A DNA stretch of 64,000 nucleotides, from NCBI GenBank assembly GCA_024639845.1, contig JAHEGG010000001.1, positions 147,792 through 211,791 of the forward strand, in the 5' to 3' direction. Made by a program: the position numbers and the translations under genes. This document shows positions 29,367 to 38,685 of the stretch, piece by piece. Each line of letters starts with the position of its first letter. The stretch's first letter is position 1. The DNA comes from Microbacteriaceae bacterium. GTDB taxonomy: Bacteria > Actinomycetota > Actinomycetes > Actinomycetales > Microbacteriaceae. Under the pieces are notes generated by a model that saw only the letters and a program-made list of their open reading frames with translations, made no database searches and was not told the DNA's origin.

Positions 29367-30755
29367 CTACTCGCCGAAGCGCTCGGCAAGGTTCTGGGCT
29401 AGCCCAACATACGTGTTTGGCTTGAGCGCGATAAGTCGGTTTTTCGCCTCATCAGAAATGTCCAAACCTTGGATGAACTCGATGAGTTCCTCGTGTCCGA
29501 TGCGCTTGCCGCGGGTCAGTTCTTTGAGAAGTGCATACGGGTCGCTGATTTCGGAGCGTCCAGCCGCAACCTCTGCGCGAATCACGGTTTGAATCGCCTC
29601 TCCGAGAACCTCCCAGTTATCGAGCAGGTCGGTTTCAAGAACGGCGATCGAGAGCTCAACCTCGCCGAGTCCGCGGGTCACATTGTCTAAGGCAAGCATC
29701 GAGTGACCGAAACCCAGGCCAATGTTTCGCTGTGACGAAGAGTCGGTCAAGTCGCGCTGCATGCGAGAAGTTACCAGCGTTGCGGCAAGCGAATCGAGGA
29801 TTGCGCACGACAGCTCTAGGTTTGACTCTGCATTTTCGAATCGAATCGGATTAACCTTGTGCGGCATCGTCGACGAACCAGTAGCTCCGGCCTGAGGAAT
29901 CTGCTTGAAATAACCGAGCGAAATGTAGGTCCAGAAGTCGGTGCACAGGTTGTGCAGAATTCGGTTGAAGTGCGACACCGCCGCATAAAGCTCGGCCTGC
30001 CAGTCGTGCGACTCGATCTGCGTGGTCAACGGGTTCCAGGTCAGCCCCAAGCTGGTCACAAAATCGCGTGACTCTTTGATCCAGTCGACATCCGGTGCGG
30101 CCACGACGTGCGCAGAGAAGGTGCCGGTCGCCCCCGAGAACTTTCCAAGGTATTCGGTCTTTTCGATGCGCTCGATTTGACGACGAAGGCGGTGAACGAA
30201 AACTTGCAGTTCTTTGCCCATGGTCGTCGGGGTAGCAGGCTGGCCGTGAGTTCTCGAGAGCATCGGCACGGCGACATACTTTCGAGCCAACTCGGTGAGC
30301 TTGGTCAGCAAAGCCTCGGCTTTAGGAAGCCAGACCTCGTTGACGGCATCGCGAACGGTTAGCGCATAAGAGAGGTTGTTGATGTCTTCGCTAGTGCAGG
30401 CAAAGTGGGTGAGTTCGAGCAAATCATCGCGCTCGGCCTCCGAAAGCTTGGCTCGGATGAAGTACTCAACGGCTTTCACGTCGTGCTTGGTCGTGGCCTC
30501 GGTGCGTGCTAGTGCCTCGACGTCCGCATCCGAGAAGTTGGTGACAATCGCGCGAAGTGCTTCTATTTCTGGCTGAAGAATCGGCTTGCCGGTCTGCAGC
30601 AGGTCGCGGTTAGCCAAGTGGATTAGCCACTCAATCTCGACCTTGATGCGTGCGCGGTTGAGGCCGGCCTCGCTCAGGTGGTCGCCCAGCTCTGAAACCG
30701 CGGCGCGATAGCGACCGTCGAGGGGAGAAAGGGGCTGCACAGAAAGTTTGCTCAC
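29367..30755 (-). CDS. purB: Adenylosuccinate lyase
   Basis: PurB N-terminus SKLSVQPLSPLDGRY and fumarate-lyase signature GSSTMPHKVNP. I re-called the start to GTG 30755. The 80 upstream codons of the track ORF have no PurB counterpart. Confidence 0.92.
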   Translation of the reverse strand: MSKLSVQPLSPLDGRYRAAVSELGDHLSEAGLNRARIKVEIEWLIHLANRDLLQTGKPILQPEIEALRAIVTNFSDADVEALARTEATTKHDVKAVEYFIRAKLSEAERDDLLELTHFACTSEDINNLSYALTVRDAVNEVWLPKAEALLTKLTELARKYVAVPMLSRTHGQPATPTTMGKELQVFVHRLRRQIERIEKTEYLGKFSGATGTFSAHVVAAPDVDWIKESRDFVTSLGLTWNPLTTQIESHDWQAELYAAVSHFNRILHNLCTDFWTYISLGYFKQIPQAGATGSSTMPHKVNPIRFENAESNLELSCAILDSLAATLVTSRMQRDLTDSSSQRNIGLGFGHSMLALDNVTRGLGEVELSIAVLETDLLDNWEVLGEAIQTVIRAEVAAGRSEISDPYALLKELTRGKRIGHEELIEFIQGLDISDEAKNRLIALKPNTYVGLAQNLAERFGE

Positions 30756-30939
30756 AAATCCATATTGCCAGACGTGGGCTTGGTGATTGCCTCGCGGGGA
30801 GTTTGCGATTGCCAGACTTCGGGCTGGTCGGGCGGGGTCGGTGACGGGCGGGGCCGGCAGGTGACGGGCAACAGGCGAGTTATCCACCGATTTCAACGCT
30901 CGGCGAAAACTGGGATGCTCGCCCCAGCATTCTCTTAGC

Positions 30940-31140
30940 ATGCAAAGTTTGATGTGCTCTCTAGACGAGTTGCGAGCATTGGCCCAGACGGCCACTCCCG
31001 AGCCGAGTCTTTGGAGCGGAGACGCAGCCAGGGCTTTTGGGGCTCAGGTCGCAGAGCTGACTACCGAACTTGCTGCGCTCCAGGCCCAGCTTTCTCAACT
31101 TCCGTCGTTTCGGCTAGACCTGCTAGGGGTGGTCGCTTGA
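30940..31140 (+). CDS. Small helical protein with a WXG-like motif
   Basis: 66 aa: MQSLMCSLDELRALAQTATPEPSLWSGDAARAFGAQVAELTTELAALQAQL.... This is a helix, W-S-G, helix arrangement. An in-frame stop at 30862 rules out a longer form. Its TGA overlaps the TTG of the next gene. Confidence 0.5.
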   Translation: MQSLMCSLDELRALAQTATPEPSLWSGDAARAFGAQVAELTTELAALQAQLSQLPSFRLDLLGVVA

Positions 31141-32384
31141 GTCTGGTTAGTTACGGTGGCGATCCGCGCGTGGTCGCCTCGCGAGCCGAAATCGAGCGCG
31201 GTAGAAATGTGTTGCAACTGGTTCAACAGAGATTGGTCGGTGAACTCGAACTACAAGATTTTCTCGTCGACCCGGCGCAACGTGTCTTGCTTGCGTTTCA
31301 CGCTCCAGGCATTCTCCTCAAGGTTGAGCGCCTGCAATGGGCGTGCGCGGCCGCCGCCGATGCATACCTTTCGACCGAGGCACGAATCACCAACCGAGTG
31401 CATTGGGTGACCGAGCAACTTGCGCAACACCCGCTGCTGCTCGGGTTGTTGCCCGCGCAGGTGCGCTCGCGCATCCCCATGGTTTTGATCGCGTCTGTGG
31501 TAGCTGGTTCATTTTTCAACGGCAAGGTCGCTCGCGTTCTCGCCCGCGAAACTGTCGACATTTATCCGGCACTGGTGGGCGTTCGCGCGAGCTCGGGTGA
31601 TAACGGGCGAGCGGGTGCAAACAAGTTGCTGAACCAGCTCGGTCCGTTGGCCGCACTGGGAACGCAAAATGCCACCGTGCAAGAAGTTGGCGCTTGGGGA
31701 ATGCGTGCCGCGCCGACCGGCATCGGTCAAATCGCGCAACGTGTGGCTCAAACTCATGTCACCGCCGAACCGCAGGTTACCATCGAGCGCTACACCGACG
31801 GCAGGCGAACTCTGCTGATGGTTTATGTCCCTGGGATGCGCACCCTCAACCCGCTCGACCAGAGCGACCCATTCGGGGTTGCCGGCAGCCTGCACGAACT
31901 TGCCGACGCGAAGCATGCATCATGCCAACTCGCGGTAGAAAATGCGCTTGAGCGTGCGGGTGTTCGGCCAACCGATCAGATCGTCGTTGCCGGTTATTCG
32001 CAGGGAGGAATGGTTGCCGCCGAACTTGCTGCCAACCGGCCCGAACAGGTGGTCGGCGTCATCACGCTCGGTTCCCCGATTGCCCAGGTTGACTTGCCAA
32101 CAGGCATACCCGTTTTGGCCATCGAGCACACCAACGACGTTGTTCCAGCGCTCGCCGGAAAAGTAAACCCGCTAACCGAAAACTTGGTGACGGTCGGTCG
32201 AGAGATTCCATCGATACATGGCTCAGATGCACTGGCGGCTCACGACCTAAAAGCATACGAACGCACGGCACAAATGGTCGATGAAGACACTAGCGCGGGG
32301 GTCGTCAGAGTTCGCGAACTCGTCATGTCTCAGTTCGATGGCCTACGTCTGGTCGAAACCCAAACGTTCGATTACCAAAAGTGA
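31137..32384 (+). CDS. Serine hydrolase (GYSQG motif, cutinase/PE-PPE-like alpha/beta fold) with an N-terminal helical domain of about 250 aa
   Basis: Nucleophile elbow IVVAGYSQGGMVAAELA, followed by ITLGSPI and IEHTNDVVP. I placed the start at TTG 31137, in frame with track ORF 30954..32384, giving a TTGA overlap with the preceding ORF. Confidence 0.7.
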   Translation: MSLVSYGGDPRVVASRAEIERGRNVLQLVQQRLVGELELQDFLVDPAQRVLLAFHAPGILLKVERLQWACAAAADAYLSTEARITNRVHWVTEQLAQHPLLLGLLPAQVRSRIPMVLIASVVAGSFFNGKVARVLARETVDIYPALVGVRASSGDNGRAGANKLLNQLGPLAALGTQNATVQEVGAWGMRAAPTGIGQIAQRVAQTHVTAEPQVTIERYTDGRRTLLMVYVPGMRTLNPLDQSDPFGVAGSLHELADAKHASCQLAVENALERAGVRPTDQIVVAGYSQGGMVAAELAANRPEQVVGVITLGSPIAQVDLPTGIPVLAIEHTNDVVPALAGKVNPLTENLVTVGREIPSIHGSDALAAHDLKAYERTAQMVDEDTSAGVVRVRELVMSQFDGLRLVETQTFDYQK

Positions 32385-32446
32385 GCTGAGGCCAACCCGA
32401 TGAATACCTAGAGCAACCCGATAAATCGAATTTGCTTGCCCAGTGG

Positions 32447-32872
32447 CTACAGAAGTCGAAGCGCCTTAAAAATGGCTCGAGCGAAGAATGCGGCGATGCT
32501 CAGGATTAGCGCGCCGAGAATCGCCCAGCCAAGAGATTCAACGTTCAAGCCTTCGGTGGTGAACCCGTCGATGCTGAACACGTTGCCTCCAATCAGTTGG
32601 CTTAGCCACGCAACAAAGAGCAAAAGAGCGCCGTTGATTACCAGCGAGATAAGCCCGAAGGTGAGGATGTAAAGCGGCAAGGCCAAAACTTTCACGACCG
32701 GGGCGATGAGCGAGTTCACCAGCCCAAAAATCAAGCCAACCAGCAGGAATGACAAGATTTGGCTCCATAGATCACTGCCGCCATACGGGGTTAGGTGAAT
32801 CGCTGGAACGAGGAGAGTGACAACCCAGAGGCCGAGTGCATTGATTACAGTGCCGACTAGAAATCGTTTCAT
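32447..32872 (-). CDS. Phage-holin-family-IV-like (DUF360) membrane protein
   Basis: 141 aa starting at ATG 32872 (MKRFLVGTVINALGLWVVTLLVP...) with 4 TM helices. The upstream 146 codons of the 287-aa track ORF are antisense to the E1-alpha gene. Confidence 0.7.
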   Translation of the reverse strand: MKRFLVGTVINALGLWVVTLLVPAIHLTPYGGSDLWSQILSFLLVGLIFGLVNSLIAPVVKVLALPLYILTFGLISLVINGALLLFVAWLSQLIGGNVFSIDGFTTEGLNVESLGWAILGALILSIAAFFARAIFKALRLL

Positions 32873-32908
32873 GAAACGATTCTCGCACCCAGCGACTAAA
32901 TTGAATGG

Positions 32909-34039
32909 GTGACCCCCGAAGAATCTCGCAACGTGCCGATGGTGCAACTCCTGACGCCTGACGGTGAATATGGGGTGGCCAAACAGTGGTCCGAATATGC
33001 CCAATACATCGACAAGCTCACTGAGGCCGACTTTCTGAAGTTCTACCGTGACATGGCTCGCATGCGCCGGTTCGACAAAGAAGCCGAAGCGCTTCAACGT
33101 CAAGGCCAGTTGGGGCTCTGGATTCCTGCAGTCGGCCAAGAGGCCGCCCAGATCGGCTCTGGCTATGGGGTCGGCCACAATGATCACATCTTTCCGTCTT
33201 ATCGCGAACACGGTGTAGCAATCACTCACGGAATTGACCTGATGTCGATTCTCAAGATGCTGCGAGGCGTCAACCATGGTGGTTGGAACCCTGAGGAGAC
33301 ACGTTTTCACCTATACGCCATCGTGCTCGGAAGCCAGGTGCTTCACGCAACGGGCTATGCCATGGGTGTGAAGATGGACGGCAAGGTTGGCAACGGCGAC
33401 ATCGAAAACGACCTCGCGGTTATCTCCTACTTCGGCGACGGAGCAACCGCCGAGGGCGACATCAGCGAATCGTTCCTGTTCGCAGCGATCAACCACTCGC
33501 CAATCGTCTTCTTCTGCCAAAACAACCAGTGGGCAATCTCGTCGCCCGTGACCAGCCAAACCAAGGTTCCGCTCTACCAGCGCGGTGCGGGTTTCGGTGT
33601 GCCAGGCATCCGCATCGACGGCAACGACATCTTGGCCTCTTATGCAGTCACGGCCAAGCACATGGATGAAGCGCGCGAGGGCGCTGGCCCGTTCCTAATC
33701 GAAGCACTCACCTACCGCATGGGTGCTCACACCACATCCGATGACCCAACCAAATATCGCGATGCGGCAGAAGTCGAATACTGGAAAGCACGCGACCCAT
33801 TGCTTCGTTTCGAAACCTTTTTGCGTCGTCAGGGCATTGCCCAAGACTTCTTCGACGAGGTTGCCGAGGCAGGCGAAAAGCTCTCGACCGAGATTCGTGA
33901 AGCAACCTTTGCCCTGCCAGCACCTCCGGTTGAGCACATGTTCAAGTACGTCTACAGTGAACCGCATCCGCTCATTGAAGAGCAGCTCGCATGGTTGCAC
34001 AAATACGAGGCCGGTTTCGGAGAGGCGGCCCACGAATGA
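32909..34039 (+). CDS. 2-oxoacid dehydrogenase E1 component, alpha subunit (TPP-dependent)
   Basis: 376 aa with TPP-binding region YFGDGATAEGD...FFCQNNQWAIS. Confidence 0.9.
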   Translation: MTPEESRNVPMVQLLTPDGEYGVAKQWSEYAQYIDKLTEADFLKFYRDMARMRRFDKEAEALQRQGQLGLWIPAVGQEAAQIGSGYGVGHNDHIFPSYREHGVAITHGIDLMSILKMLRGVNHGGWNPEETRFHLYAIVLGSQVLHATGYAMGVKMDGKVGNGDIENDLAVISYFGDGATAEGDISESFLFAAINHSPIVFFCQNNQWAISSPVTSQTKVPLYQRGAGFGVPGIRIDGNDILASYAVTAKHMDEAREGAGPFLIEALTYRMGAHTTSDDPTKYRDAAEVEYWKARDPLLRFETFLRRQGIAQDFFDEVAEAGEKLSTEIREATFALPAPPVEHMFKYVYSEPHPLIEEQLAWLHKYEAGFGEAAHE

Positions 34040-35019
34040 GCAACTTTGTAGAGCTTTCGATAGCCAAGGCAATCAACGCCGGCCTGCGCAAGTGCATGCA
34101 AGAGAACCCCAAGGTTCTCATGTTCGGTGAAGACGTCGCGCAACTCGGCGGAGTCTTCCGTGTGACCGAAGGCCTCCACGCCGAATTTGGTGACAAGCAA
34201 ATCTTCAACTCGCCAATCGCCGAATCGGGAATCGTGGGCACCGCGATCGGGCTCGCAATGCGTGGTTATCGACCAGTCGCCGAAATCCAGTTCGACGGGT
34301 TCATCTTTCCTGCCTTCGACCAAATCGTCACCCAGCTAGCGAAACTTCAGAACCGCTCTGAGGGTTACACGCCGATGCCGGTCGTTATCCGCGTGCCTTA
34401 CGGAGGCGGAATCGGCGCGGTAGAGCACCACAGCGAAAGCCCTGAGGCCTACTTCGCGCACACTGCCGGACTTCGCGTGATCAGCCCGAGCAACCCGAAC
34501 GATGCTTACTGGATGATTCAGCAGGCCATCGCGTCGAACGACCCGGTGATGTTCTTCGAACCTAAGCGTCGCTATTGGCAAAAAGGTCCGGTCAACTTGG
34601 ATGAGCCGCCGATGGGTCCTTATCAAGCTCGTGTCTTGCGCGACGGAACTCAGGTGACCATCGCAACCTACGGGCCGATGGTCGCGGTCGCGCTGCAAGC
34701 AGCCGAGATTGCGGCGGCCGAAGGCATGAGCATCGAAGTGATCGACCTCCGATCAATCTCACCAATCGACTTTGACACCATAGTCAACTCGGTCAAGAAA
34801 ACAGGTCGACTAATCGTTGCTCACGAAGACAGCACATTTGTTTCGATAAGTAGCGAGGTGGCCGCCCGAATCGCGGAAGAAGCCTTTTATCATCTCGAGG
34901 CACCGGTGCTTCGGGTGGGCGGATTTGATGTTCCATACCCCGCGGCCAAACTTGAAGAAGTATTCTTGCCTGACGCAGACCGCATTCTCGAAGCGGTCGA
35001 CCGATCGCTCGCTTATTAG
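34036..35019 (+). CDS. 2-oxoacid dehydrogenase E1 component, beta subunit
   Basis: ATG 34036 (MSNFVELSIAKAINAGL...) forms an ATGA overlap with the E1-alpha stop. The sequence is a typical transketolase-like beta subunit. Confidence 0.9.
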   Translation: MSNFVELSIAKAINAGLRKCMQENPKVLMFGEDVAQLGGVFRVTEGLHAEFGDKQIFNSPIAESGIVGTAIGLAMRGYRPVAEIQFDGFIFPAFDQIVTQLAKLQNRSEGYTPMPVVIRVPYGGGIGAVEHHSESPEAYFAHTAGLRVISPSNPNDAYWMIQQAIASNDPVMFFEPKRRYWQKGPVNLDEPPMGPYQARVLRDGTQVTIATYGPMVAVALQAAEIAAAEGMSIEVIDLRSISPIDFDTIVNSVKKTGRLIVAHEDSTFVSISSEVAARIAEEAFYHLEAPVLRVGGFDVPYPAAKLEEVFLPDADRILEAVDRSLAY

Positions 35020-35028
35020 GAGGTTGAC

Positions 35029-36444
35029 TTGACTACCGTTGCTTATTTCAACCTGCCAGACGTTGGCGAGGGTCTAACCGAAGCCGAGATTGTCTCTTGG
35101 AAAGTCAAGGCCGGCGACACCGTCTCGGTGAACCAGGTCATCGTCGAAATCGAGACCGCCAAATCGCTTGTCGAACTTCCATGCCCTTTCGCCGGTATCG
35201 TTAGCGAGCTCATGGCCAAAGAGGGCGACACCGTTGAGGTTGGCAACCCGATCATCTCGGTAACCGTTCCAGACGGAGCTACGACGGCCGCCGTGACTAC
35301 CTCGATTCCGGTGATCGCAGAAAATGCAGCCAGTGCGCATCAGGCAGTCGCGGATGCTGCAGCCTCGGTTTCGACCGAGGAACGCTCCCCGACTCTCGTC
35401 GGATACGGTGTCTCTCATTCGTTAGGCGGCACCCGCCGCCGTCGCCCCGGGGCCGTGAACCCGCCGGTCGCACCTGGCGCGAGCATCCCAGTTGCCACTT
35501 CGTTAGCGGCACCTGCCGCCACCGCGATTCCGCTCGCTGCCGAGAATCTGGCGACCGGAGCGATTCAACTTCCGAACATCGCCGACGGCGTGCTGGCCAA
35601 ACCTCCCGTGCGCAAGTTGGCTCGCGACCTAGGCGTCGATCTAGCCGGCGTCGTTGGCAGTGGCCTAAACGGTGAGATCACTCGCGAAGACGTGGTCGGC
35701 GGAGCGCAGCAGGCTTCGGTGTTCCGCAACCTGAGCACCCCGGCCCCGAAGTCGGAACGCGAGGAGCGCATCCCGGTTAAAGGTGTGCGCAAGGCGATTG
35801 CCAACGCGATGGTTTCGAGCGCGTTCAGCGCACCTCACGTGAGCATTTTCGTGGATGTTGATGCCACCCGCACGATGGAATACGTCAAGCGACTCAAGGC
35901 CAGCACCGACTTTGCCGGAGTGAAGGTGACACCACTTTTGATCATGGCAAAGGCGATGATTTGGGCGGTGCGCCGCAACCCGATGGTCAACTCGACGTTC
36001 ACCGAAGAAGAGATCATCGTGCACAACTTTGTGAACTTCGGCATCGCCGCCGCTACCCCGCGCGGGCTCATCGTGCCGAACATCAAGGATGCCGACCAGA
36101 TGTCGATGCTTGAACTGGCTAAGGCGATTGAGCAGTTGGCGGCGACCGCGCGCGAAGGCAAGACCACCCCGGCTGACATGAAGGATGGCACCATCACCAT
36201 CACCAACATCGGTGTTTTCGGTGTCGACACCGGAACCCCGATTTTGAACCCAGGCGAGGTCGCTATTGTGGCTCTCGGTTCGATTCGCCCTAAGCCTTGG
36301 GTGGTCAGCAACGAGATTCAGGTTCGCCAGGTGACAACCATCGGAGCCACCTTCGACCACCGCGTTGTCGATGGTGACGTCGCATCGCGATTCGTGCAAG
36401 ACGTGGCCTCGGTAATCGAAGAACCAGCACTGCTGCTCGACTAA
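35029..36444 (+). CDS. Dihydrolipoamide acyltransferase (E2)
   Basis: Lipoyl domain ([20 protein letters not shown]), an Ala/Pro linker, a subunit-binding domain ([14 protein letters not shown]) and catalytic DHRVVDG. The start is TTG. Confidence 0.92.
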   Translation: MTTVAYFNLPDVGEGLTEAEIVSWKVKAGDTVSVNQVIVEIETAKSLVELPCPFAGIVSELMAKEGDTVEVGNPIISVTVPDGATTAAVTTSIPVIAENAASAHQAVADAAASVSTEERSPTLVGYGVSHSLGGTRRRRPGAVNPPVAPGASIPVATSLAAPAATAIPLAAENLATGAIQLPNIADGVLAKPPVRKLARDLGVDLAGVVGSGLNGEITREDVVGGAQQASVFRNLSTPAPKSEREERIPVKGVRKAIANAMVSSAFSAPHVSIFVDVDATRTMEYVKRLKASTDFAGVKVTPLLIMAKAMIWAVRRNPMVNSTFTEEEIIVHNFVNFGIAAATPRGLIVPNIKDADQMSMLELAKAIEQLAATAREGKTTPADMKDGTITITNIGVFGVDTGTPILNPGEVAIVALGSIRPKPWVVSNEIQVRQVTTIGATFDHRVVDGDVASRFVQDVASVIEEPALLLD

Positions 36445-36481
36445 ACTAGGGCTCAACCAACCGACAAAAGGGGTAAATAAA

Positions 36482-36814
36482 GTGTCAAACCAACAACCAT
36501 CCGGATACGACCCACAGACTGGCGCGCCGATTTATGGTCAGCCAGCTCAACCGCAGGCTTGGCCTAAGCCGGAGAGCCAACTTCCGCTGATTGCCCTCAT
36601 TGGCGCTTTCTTTGTTCCACTGGTCGGCATCATCGTCGGCCACATTGCCTTAGGGCAAATGCGACGCGGTCAGATTCCATCCAGCAACCAAGGGATGGCC
36701 ATGGCTGGCATGATCCTCGGCTACGTTTTTTCGGCGCTCACCGTCATATTCATCGTCGCCTACATCGCAATTTTCGCTGAAGCATTCAGCAGCGGTTACG
36801 GTTACGACTACTAG
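36482..36814 (+). CDS. DUF4190-like membrane protein
   Basis: 110 aa with a Pro/Gln/Gly-rich N-terminus and then two TM helices (HIALGQMRRGQ motif region). Confidence 0.65.
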   Translation: MSNQQPSGYDPQTGAPIYGQPAQPQAWPKPESQLPLIALIGAFFVPLVGIIVGHIALGQMRRGQIPSSNQGMAMAGMILGYVFSALTVIFIVAYIAIFAEAFSSGYGYDY

Positions 36815-36858
36815 TCGACTTCTCGACAGTCTCTCGGGAGCGTTTCCCTCGTTTACGA

Positions 36859-36883
36859 CTTATTGACATTCATTATCAATAAG
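36859..36883. promoter_or_regulatory. Putative Zur operator
   Basis: CTTATTGA-cattcatta-TCAATAAG has perfect 8-bp arms and is AT-rich. It lies 16 nt upstream of the metal ABC transporter ATG. The operon ends with a Fur-family gene. Confidence 0.65.
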
Positions 36884-36898
36884 ACTTAGGCTTGCCAC

Positions 36899-37831
36899 AT
36901 GAGCCAGTCAAAGCGAGTTGCCCCGATGCGGGTCGCACTGCGGGCTGCTGCCAGCATCCTTGTTGCCACCCTCGTTTCACTTTCGCTTGCGGGCTGCGTC
37001 GAAAAGCCCCGTTGGAGCGCGGGTGTAGGCCCTATCAAGATCGTTGCAAGCACCAATGTGTGGGGCGATATCGCTCACCAAATTGCCGGCGACCTGGCTA
37101 CAGTGATAGCGCTGATCGACAATGTGAATCAAGATCCTCATTCTTTTGAGGCCAGCGCCCGCGACCAGCTCGCCGTCGATGAGGCAGACATCGTGATCAT
37201 GAACGGTGGTGGTTACGACGACTTTGTCGAACAACTGGTTGCTGCCGATTCAACCCCCGCCATTTTGATCAACGCCTACGATGCGTCGGGCACCGACACC
37301 ACCCGCAACGAACACATTTGGTACAGCGCCAGCCAGGTGAAAGACGTAGGCAACGTGATCTTTTCGGCTCTCGAAACCGTCGACAAAGCCCATGTTTCGA
37401 CCTATAAAGCAAACCTTGCCGAGTTCGAGGCGCAAATCAAGCTCATCCAGATTCGCACCGCAGAAATCGCCAGTGCCTGGGGCGGTGCCAAGGTGTTCGC
37501 CACCGAGCCGCTGATTCACTATCTGCTCGAAGACACTGGGATGATCGACATCACGCCAACCGAGTTCGCCGAGTCGATCGAAGAAGAGCGCGACGCTTCG
37601 CCAGCGATCTTGCTCGAGGCCGAGGCTGCCATCAAGCAAGCCAAGTTCGTTGCCGTCAACGCGAGTACTTCCACGGCGCAGATAGACCAACTGCTTAGCG
37701 AACACCCTGTGCCAGCGTTCGCATTCGGGGAGTTGCTGCCGCAAGACCCAGACACCGGCGAATACACGGGCGACTACTTTCAGATGATGACTTGGGCACT
37801 CGACTCGATAGTTGAGGGGGCGCGCCCGTGA
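36899..37831 (+). CDS. znuA: Metal (probably Zn) ABC transporter substrate-binding lipoprotein (TroA/ZnuA family)
   Basis: Lipobox SLSLAGC and a cluster-9 SBP core (DPHSFEAS...). Zn specificity is inferred from the linked zur gene. No His-rich loop is seen. Confidence 0.75.
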   Translation: MSQSKRVAPMRVALRAAASILVATLVSLSLAGCVEKPRWSAGVGPIKIVASTNVWGDIAHQIAGDLATVIALIDNVNQDPHSFEASARDQLAVDEADIVIMNGGGYDDFVEQLVAADSTPAILINAYDASGTDTTRNEHIWYSASQVKDVGNVIFSALETVDKAHVSTYKANLAEFEAQIKLIQIRTAEIASAWGGAKVFATEPLIHYLLEDTGMIDITPTEFAESIEEERDASPAILLEAEAAIKQAKFVAVNASTSTAQIDQLLSEHPVPAFAFGELLPQDPDTGEYTGDYFQMMTWALDSIVEGARP

Positions 37832-38685
37832 GCGACCTGAGTGCCGGTGGCCGGCTGACTTCGAGCAGCTCGAGCACTGCGCTCGAGACGCCGGTGCTGA
37901 GCATCCGTGATGCCACCTTCGGCTATGACGAACGCCCACTCTGGAGCAACCTCAACCTCGACGTGGCCCAGGGCGAGTTCATCGCCATCATCGGTTCGAA
38001 CGGCTCGGGCAAGACCAGCCTGTTGCGTGCGATTTTGGGCCAGGAGCACCTGACGGCGGGCGAGATCAAACTGAACGGCAAATCCATCTCCACCGGTTCT
38101 CGTTCGATCGGATACATTCCCCAATCTCGAAGCGTCGACGCAAACACTCCTCTGCGCGGCAAAGACCTGCTGACCATGGGCTTGAACGGTCACCGGTTCG
38201 GCCTGCCGTTCACCAGCCGCAAAGACAAGGCCCGGGTTTCGCACATTCTCGACTGCATCGACGGGCACGAGCTCGCCAAACTCCCGATCGGGCAACTCAG
38301 TGGCGGCCAGTTACAGCGGTTCCGGGTGGGTCAGGCCGTAGTCGACGAACCAGATCTGATTCTTGCCGACGAGCCACTAAGCGCCCTCGATTTGGCTCAG
38401 CAGAGCATCCTTGCCGAATTGATCGATCGTGAACGAAAAGACCATTCGGCGGCGGTGCTGTTTGTAACTCACGATGTGAACCCTGTGCTCGGCATGGTCG
38501 ATCGGGTGCTCTATTTGGCAAACGGGCAGTTCAAAATCGGCACCCCGGATGAGGTGCTGCGCAGCGACGTTTTGAGCGAGCTCTATGGGGCTCCAGTCGA
38601 CGTGGTTCGAAACCAAGGGCGCATCGCCGTGCTTGGTGCGCTCGGAGCCGACCACGAACACCACGCGCACGAGGAGTGGCACTAA
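37828..38685 (+). CDS. znuC: Metal ABC transporter ATP-binding protein
   Basis: Walker A GSNGSGKTS, signature LSGGQLQR and Walker B LILADEP. It has a GTGA overlap with znuA. Confidence 0.85.
   Translation: MSDLSAGGRLTSSSSSTALETPVLSIRDATFGYDERPLWSNLNLDVAQGEFIAIIGSNGSGKTSLLRAILGQEHLTAGEIKLNGKSISTGSRSIGYIPQSRSVDANTPLRGKDLLTMGLNGHRFGLPFTSRKDKARVSHILDCIDGHELAKLPIGQLSGGQLQRFRVGQAVVDEPDLILADEPLSALDLAQQSILAELIDRERKDHSAAVLFVTHDVNPVLGMVDRVLYLANGQFKIGTPDEVLRSDVLSELYGAPVDVVRNQGRIAVLGALGADHEHHAHEEWH

Noticed and set aside
29367-30995. The 542-aa version of purB.
   Set aside because: The first 80 codons (MAVWANARNSS...) are not PurB-like and would overlap the divergent WXG-like ORF. GTG 30755 gives the canonical ...LSPLDGRY N-terminus.
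32873-33310. The upstream 146 codons of the 287-aa - strand ORF that ends as the DUF360/holin-like protein.
   Set aside because: This part is antisense to the E1-alpha dehydrogenase gene. ATG 32872 gives a complete 141-aa four-TM protein.
35665-36456. Long antisense ORFs. Examples are 35665..36456 (-) against E2, 55244..56128 (-) against dnaK, 57158..57811 (-) against dnaJ, 19808..20656 (+) against trxB, 12702..13337 (-) against rsmG, 37250..37939 (-) against znuA and 6774..7502 (+) against dnaN.
   Set aside because: Each lies opposite a gene with unambiguous motifs and has skewed Arg/Ser/Pro/Gly composition. These are ordinary shadow ORFs of GC-rich coding DNA.
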